Assembly: GCA_963816145.1 (NCBI GenBank)
Contig: CAWFJP010000003.1
Span: 224,001-288,000 of the forward strand
Direction: 5' to 3'
Length of the DNA: 64,000 nucleotides
DNA from: an uncultured delta proteobacterium
Lineage (GTDB): Bacteria > Desulfobacterota > Binatia > UBA9968
A model generated the notes under the pieces. The model was not told the DNA's origin. It did no database searches and saw only the letters and a list, made by a program, of their open reading frames with translations. Below are positions 59,189-64,000 of this stretch, piece after piece; position 1 is the stretch's first letter, and every line of letters begins with the position of its first letter. Position numbers and translations under genes: made by a program.

Positions 59189-59938
59189 TACTCTCGCAGG
59201 GAACTGATGGTCGCCGCCGCGGCACGGGAAATCCGCGACGGCGATAACGTCTTCGTCGGCATGCGCTTGCCGCTTTTGGGCTTCGCCGTGGCCAAGGAGA
59301 CCCATGCTCCCAACGCCATCGGTATTTTCGAGAACGGCGTGATTCGCGATTGGCCGGCGCTGGAGTCGATTTTCACCATGAGCGATCCGCCGAATATCGC
59401 CCGCGCGCTCTCCTGTGGCGGGTTGAATGACGTGATGTATTTGCTGCAGAGCGGGCGGGTGGATCTTGGCTTCATCGGCGGCGCCGAGATCGATCGTTAT
59501 GGCAACTTAAACACCCATTGGGTCGAAGAGAATGGCAAACGAACGCGACTGCCTGGCAGCGGCGGCGCCGCCGATATTGCCGCCATGGCCAAGCGCAGCA
59601 TCATTATTATGAATCACGAACGGCGTCGTTTCGTGGAGAAGGTTCAATACATAACATCGCCGGGCTTTGGCGACGGCGGTGATTGGCGATCACGCCAGGG
59701 CATTGCCGGCGGCGGCCCGAGCCGCGCGATCACCAGCATGGGGGTCTTTTCTTTCGACGCCGCGACCCACGAGATGATCCTAACTTCCAGTCACCCCGGC
59801 ATTCGCGTCGCAGATATCGCGAAAGAAACCGGCTGGCCGCTGCGGGTCGCTCCCGATGTTTGTGAGACGGCACCACCCAGTGCCGCCGAGCTTAGCGCAG
59901 TGCGAAAATACGATCCCAAAGGAGTTTGGACCTCTTAA
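59183..59938 (+). CDS. Family I CoA-transferase subunit B (GctB/CatJ-like)
   Basis: ELMVAAAAREI, IFENG (catalytic Glu), DLGFIGGAEIDRYGNLN, RLPGSGGAADIA, ITSPG. Confidence 0.9.
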   Translation: MNYSRRELMVAAAAREIRDGDNVFVGMRLPLLGFAVAKETHAPNAIGIFENGVIRDWPALESIFTMSDPPNIARALSCGGLNDVMYLLQSGRVDLGFIGGAEIDRYGNLNTHWVEENGKRTRLPGSGGAADIAAMAKRSIIIMNHERRRFVEKVQYITSPGFGDGGDWRSRQGIAGGGPSRAITSMGVFSFDAATHEMILTSSHPGIRVADIAKETGWPLRVAPDVCETAPPSAAELSAVRKYDPKGVWTS

Positions 59939-59988
59939 TTACGCGAGCCCCATCGATGGGCTCATGAGCATTCTTACCCGTCATTCCG

Positions 59989-61014
59989 ATGGCACTCTTA
60001 ATCACCGACCGCGACGTGCACAAGCTATTATCGATGGGCGATGCCATCGACGCCGCCGAACTTGCTCTGCGAGAGCTGCACCAAGGAAACGCTACAAACC
60101 GCCCACGCCAGCATTTTTACGCCGACAATCGTGACGCCCTTTTCATGATGCGCCATTTCCAAGGAGCGATCCCGAAACTCGGAGTCATGGGGTTGCGCAT
60201 TACCACCGACGTGATCGGCGCCAAGGTTCACAAACCCGAGCTTCGGTCGTTCGGTAGCTTCATGCTGTTCGATCTCAATACCGCGGAGCTGCTGGCTATC
60301 GTCCACGACCACGAGCTACAGCGCATGCGGGTCGGCGCAGAAACCGGGGTCGCCGCGCGTTACCTATCCCGTGACGATGTTAAAACCGTCGCTCTGCTTG
60401 GATCGGGCTATCAAGCGGAGACTCAACTAGCAGCCATCTGCACGGTAAGAGCGATCGAAAGAGTTCTGATTTACAGCCCGACCGAATCAAACCGCACCGC
60501 CTTCGCGGCGACGCAGCGCAAGAAGTTAGGCGTCCCCATCACTGCCGTGGATTCAGCGCAACAGGCGGTTGAAGCTGCGGATCTGGTGCTCGCCAGCACC
60601 AATGCGTCTTCGCCGGTTCTCGACGGCAATTGGCTCAAGGAAGGCAGCCACGTAACTTCCATCGTCAATAGCGATCAGCGTATTCCCCGCCGCGAGCTGG
60701 ACAACCGAACCTTTGCCCGCGCAGCGGTCGTCGGTCTGGGGTCGGTGGAGCAATGCAAACAAGATCAGGCCGCGGACATTTTCGAAGCCATTGAGGCGGG
60801 CGCGCTATCGTGGGAGAGGGTTTGCGAGATCGGCGACGTCATCGTCGGCAAACACTGCGGGCGCTTGGACGACAATCAGGTCAGCGTTTACAAAAACAAT
60901 GGTCTCGCCATCGAGTTCGTCGCGCTGGCATCGAAGGTATATCAATTAGCCCGCGAGCGCGGTGCCGGGGAAGAAATCCCGGCTCATTACTTTTCCGGCC
61001 GCAGAGCGAACTAG
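59989..61014 (+). CDS. Ornithine cyclodeaminase / mu-crystallin family protein
   Basis: RMRVGA..GVAARYL, LGSGYQA, ADLVLAST, GR......VYKNNGLAIE. Confidence 0.87.
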   Translation: MALLITDRDVHKLLSMGDAIDAAELALRELHQGNATNRPRQHFYADNRDALFMMRHFQGAIPKLGVMGLRITTDVIGAKVHKPELRSFGSFMLFDLNTAELLAIVHDHELQRMRVGAETGVAARYLSRDDVKTVALLGSGYQAETQLAAICTVRAIERVLIYSPTESNRTAFAATQRKKLGVPITAVDSAQQAVEAADLVLASTNASSPVLDGNWLKEGSHVTSIVNSDQRIPRRELDNRTFARAAVVGLGSVEQCKQDQAADIFEAIEAGALSWERVCEIGDVIVGKHCGRLDDNQVSVYKNNGLAIEFVALASKVYQLARERGAGEEIPAHYFSGRRAN

Positions 61015-61074
61015 TGGTCCATCCCGTTACTGCCGCCAAGGCGGAGATCAGCGGGACGGACCACGGAAACAACC

Positions 61075-61590
61075 TTATTGTTCCAGTTTGGCAGAATTGA
61101 TCGTCACCGGCTGCGTCGGCACATCTTGATGATGGCCCCTATTTCCGGTGGGTACTTTCTCGATACTCCGAACCACATCCAAGCCGTCGATGACCCGGCC
61201 GAACACGGCATAACCGAATTCCGCGGCCGCCGTGCTGCGATGATTCAGGAAATCGTTATTCTTGACGTTGATGAAGAATTGCGAGGTCGCGCTGTCGACG
61301 ACGTTGGTGCGCGCCATGGCGATGGTTCCGACATCGTTTTTCAAACCGTTGGCGGCTTCGTTCTTGATCGGCGCGCCGTTTTTCTTTTCGTTCATCGCCG
61401 GGTCCATGCCGCCGCCTTGGATCATGAAGCCGGGTATGACGCGGTGAAAAATCAGCCCGTCATAGTGGCCGGCGCTGACATAGGCGACAAAGTTCTTGGT
61501 TGTGATCGGCGCCTTTACCGCGTCCAATTCGATGCGGATATCGCCCATGCTCGTTGACATCAATACTACCGGATTCTTATCAGCCATCAT
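61075..61590 (-). CDS. ppiB: Cyclophilin-type peptidyl-prolyl cis-trans isomerase
   Basis: [48 protein letters not shown]. Confidence 0.92.
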   Translation of the reverse strand: MMADKNPVVLMSTSMGDIRIELDAVKAPITTKNFVAYVSAGHYDGLIFHRVIPGFMIQGGGMDPAMNEKKNGAPIKNEAANGLKNDVGTIAMARTNVVDSATSQFFINVKNNDFLNHRSTAAAEFGYAVFGRVIDGLDVVRSIEKVPTGNRGHHQDVPTQPVTINSAKLEQ

Positions 61591-61746
61591 TGCCTCCGAA
61601 ATTAAATATTCAGAAACAGTAGCACTTCTCTAAGTCGACTTACAGTCCCGGCATCTTTCACCGCGCGATTCGGTGGAAATCTCGCCAAGGGTGCGCTATG
61701 GGTTAGCAATCACTCAATAGCTTTAGGCGTAGCGAAAGGAGCAATT

Positions 61747-62664
61747 ATGGCTAGCAATAGACAAATCGAAGGCATTTTGATGCCCATGCCGGTCGCGTTC
61801 AAGCATGACGGCGCCATCGATCACAAAGCGACCGACGCGATCATCGACTTTTACTTGGATGCCGGCGTGCACGGATTTTTCCCCTTGGGCACCCATGGCC
61901 AAGGCATGGTCATGGAAATCGACGAGCGCAAGAAAGTTGCCGAGCAGATCGTCAACCGCGTCAAAGGCCGCGTACCCGTGGTCATGCATATCGGCACGGC
62001 CAATACGCTCTCGTCCATCGAGCTGGCCAAACATGCCGTGGGTCTAGGGGTCGACGCCATCGGCGTCGTGCCGCCGTACTACTATCCCCATGACGATTGG
62101 GAAGTTTATGCCCATTATAAGGCCATCGCCCAGTCCGTGCCGGGCACGCCGATGTTTATTTACGACAATACCGAAACCACCTGGGTCGAAATCACCCCGG
62201 CGAAAGCCAACAAGATCATCGAAGCGATCGCGCCAAATCCTTTGGCCGGCATCAAAGTGTCCTTCATCGCCTATGACAAACTGCTGGGTTACGTGTACCA
62301 GCTTCCGAAGACCACTGGCGTCTTCCCCGGCGGGATTTTTTCTCTCTACACCGGTTATTCCGTCGGCGTGCGCGGCGCGATCCATCCGCCATCAACGCCG
62401 TTTCCGGAGTCCTGCGTTAGAATGTACGAGGCGCTCAAAGCCGACGACCTCAAGGCGGCGCGCACGGAGCATGATCTTCTCACCCGACTCATGCAGGTGG
62501 TCGGCAAATTTCTGCGCAGCCATGGCCGCGGCGTGTTTTGCGAACTGATGAAACTTCGCGGACTGCCGGTGGAACGCTTCCCGCGCTGGGAAACCCCGCC
62601 GTTCAGCGAGAAAGACAAGGCGGAATTAAAAGAAGGTTTAGAAAAGGCCGGTTTCAAGGCGTAA
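61747..62664 (+). CDS. DHDPS/N-acetylneuraminate lyase family aldolase
   Basis: GTHGQG, GRVPV, VVPPYY, IYDN, GIKVS (Schiff-base Lys). Confidence 0.85.
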   Translation: MASNRQIEGILMPMPVAFKHDGAIDHKATDAIIDFYLDAGVHGFFPLGTHGQGMVMEIDERKKVAEQIVNRVKGRVPVVMHIGTANTLSSIELAKHAVGLGVDAIGVVPPYYYPHDDWEVYAHYKAIAQSVPGTPMFIYDNTETTWVEITPAKANKIIEAIAPNPLAGIKVSFIAYDKLLGYVYQLPKTTGVFPGGIFSLYTGYSVGVRGAIHPPSTPFPESCVRMYEALKADDLKAARTEHDLLTRLMQVVGKFLRSHGRGVFCELMKLRGLPVERFPRWETPPFSEKDKAELKEGLEKAGFKA

Positions 62665-62785
62665 ATCTCCCCTACCCCTCTTTTCAAAAGAGGGGTCTCG
62701 GATAAGGATGTCGTTGTAAAAATATTCAAGCCAACTGAGCCGGAATTCACTTCCCCCTTTTGTAAAGGGGGATTGAGGAGGATTT
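62663..62785. repeat. CCCCCTTT/AAAGGGGG-type REP pair
   Basis: acccctcttttcaaaagaggggt and tcccccttttgtaaaggggga inside aaatctcc...ggattt. Confidence 0.75.
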
Positions 62786-62817
62786 TCTCCGGCTCAATAA
62801 CCAACGAATAGATACTC

Positions 62818-63612
62818 ATGGAACAACAACCTCTAGCATTGGAAATCGGCAAAAAACTTTCGCCCAGCGAGGCGAAAACTTTTACCGACGCCATCAAACA
62901 GCGCATGTACGCGCTCTGGGATAAGAAGATTTTCGGCGGTGCCTTCATGCGCGATCTCGAAGCCGGCAAGCTGCCCTTCGAGACCCTGAAGCTGTTTTGG
63001 CGAAACTGGTACAGCTATCCGGTGGAGGTGAACAATTTCCACTTGATTATCTACCAGCGCCACCAGGGCATCTTCGCGCGCCATCGCGACCTGCTGGCGC
63101 CCTATGTCGGCAAGATCAGCGATGAATTGGTCAATCCGAAAATTCCCGGCCATATCGAAGTGCTGATCAAACAGGGCGAACAGTTCGGCGTCTCCTTGGA
63201 CGAGATGATCAACTGCCAAGTCTACGCCGAGTGCCGCGCCCTGACCGAGTTCGCCCGCGGTTTGGTCTACGAAGGAAGCATGATCGAGTGGTGGGCGCGG
63301 TCGCTGAACGAAGAGATGTTCGGCCATTGGGCCAAGCGTTGGCGAGAAGCGCTGCTCAGCAAATATCATGTCAAGGAAGCCGACCTGCATTATTTCGCCG
63401 TGCACGAGGAAGCCGACCTGCACGAACATCTGGACGGCCTGATGGCTCATGGCGAAGTCGCCCGGCAGATCTTCGAGCGCCTGCTACAAGACGGCAACAC
63501 TTGGTACCGCCCCGGGTGGGGACCGGAGTATTGCTGCCTGACCAATGCCGACTGCGTCGCCATGTTCCACGACGGTATTTACAAACATGCGCAGGAGCTA
63601 GGCCACTTTTAA
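62818..63612 (+). CDS. Heme-oxygenase-like (TenA/PqqC/CADD superfamily) putative dimetal oxidase
   Basis: Helical protein with SDEL....PGH, NEE, HYFAVHEEAD...H ligand pattern. Confidence 0.7.
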   Translation: MEQQPLALEIGKKLSPSEAKTFTDAIKQRMYALWDKKIFGGAFMRDLEAGKLPFETLKLFWRNWYSYPVEVNNFHLIIYQRHQGIFARHRDLLAPYVGKISDELVNPKIPGHIEVLIKQGEQFGVSLDEMINCQVYAECRALTEFARGLVYEGSMIEWWARSLNEEMFGHWAKRWREALLSKYHVKEADLHYFAVHEEADLHEHLDGLMAHGEVARQIFERLLQDGNTWYRPGWGPEYCCLTNADCVAMFHDGIYKHAQELGHF

Positions 63613-63620
63613 GAGAATAC

Positions 63621-63708
63621 TTATTTACCACGAAGGCACGAAGGACACGAAGGTTTCGGATAAACTTGTTTAAACTTCGTGCCCTTCGTGTCCTTCGTGG
63701 TGAAATAA
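63621..63708. repeat. Uninterrupted periodic REP-like palindrome (CACGAAG type)
   Basis: accacgaaggcacgaaggacacgaag ... cttcgtgcccttcgtgtccttcgtggtg. Confidence 0.85.
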
Positions 63709-63730
63709 TCTTCCCCATGAAAGCAGAAAC

Positions 63731-64000
63731 ATGGCAATCAACGATCTACGGGAGTTTATCGATGCCGCGCGCAAGCTCGGCGAGGTCACGGAAATCCACG
63801 GCGCCCATTGGGAACTGGAAATTGGCGCCCTCACCGAATTGTTCGCGTTCAAAGAACCATCGCCGCTCGTGCTCTTCGATCAGGTGCCGGGCTATGCGCC
63901 AAACTTTCGTATTGCGTCAAATCTCATCAACACGCCGTCGCGCTCGAGTCTGACCGTCGGTATGCCGCCGGATGCCAGACCGATCGAGCTCATCGCCAAA
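63731..64000 (+). CDS. UbiD family decarboxylase, N-terminal part (runs off the window end)
   Basis: Manual translation MAINDLREFIDAARKLGEVTEIHGAHWELEIGALTE...PLVLFDQVPGY. Confidence 0.82.
   Translation, partial: MAINDLREFIDAARKLGEVTEIHGAHWELEIGALTELFAFKEPSPLVLFDQVPGYAPNFRIASNLINTPSRSSLTVGMPPDARPIELIAK

Noticed and set aside
63231-63953. 240-aa plus-strand ORF spanning the last repeat
   Set aside because: Out of frame with both the HO-like gene and the UbiD start at 63731, and it reads through a REP

Overview
A 64-kb GC-rich bacterial chromosomal window. The many NMT1/SsuA-type binding proteins, amidohydrolases, UbiD enzymes, A-T didomain proteins and intergenic palindromic repeats resemble Candidatus Binatia-type deltaproteobacteria (inference only). 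It holds (i) a housekeeping block on the minus strand (pyrR, pyrB fusion, carA, carB, recG, alaC, hom, apgM, glpX, dus, maf); (ii) catabolic and accessory enzymes on both sides; and (iii) a lower-GC accessory stretch at about 31.7-40.7 kb with a RAYT-type HUH transposase and two NRPS-like A-T proteins. No rRNA, tRNA or CRISPR array was seen. Main findings: (1) a ~200-bp non-coding element in three diverged copies, each inserted at the same CT dinucleotide of one REP-like palindrome family with CT on both sides, as expected for a non-autonomous IS110-like element; (2) an ATCase fused to a PyrI zinc domain and a PyrR-like PRTase domain, downstream of a PyrR attenuator; (3) two SET-domain paralogs with signal peptides and an NH-to-NF motif change; (4) a decayed duplicate of the CoA-transferase A 3' end bracketing a kinase/methyltransferase pair; (5) several small ORFs missing from the ORF track, including a Zn-ribbon protein after a UbiD gene. 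All calls are by eye; no searches were run.
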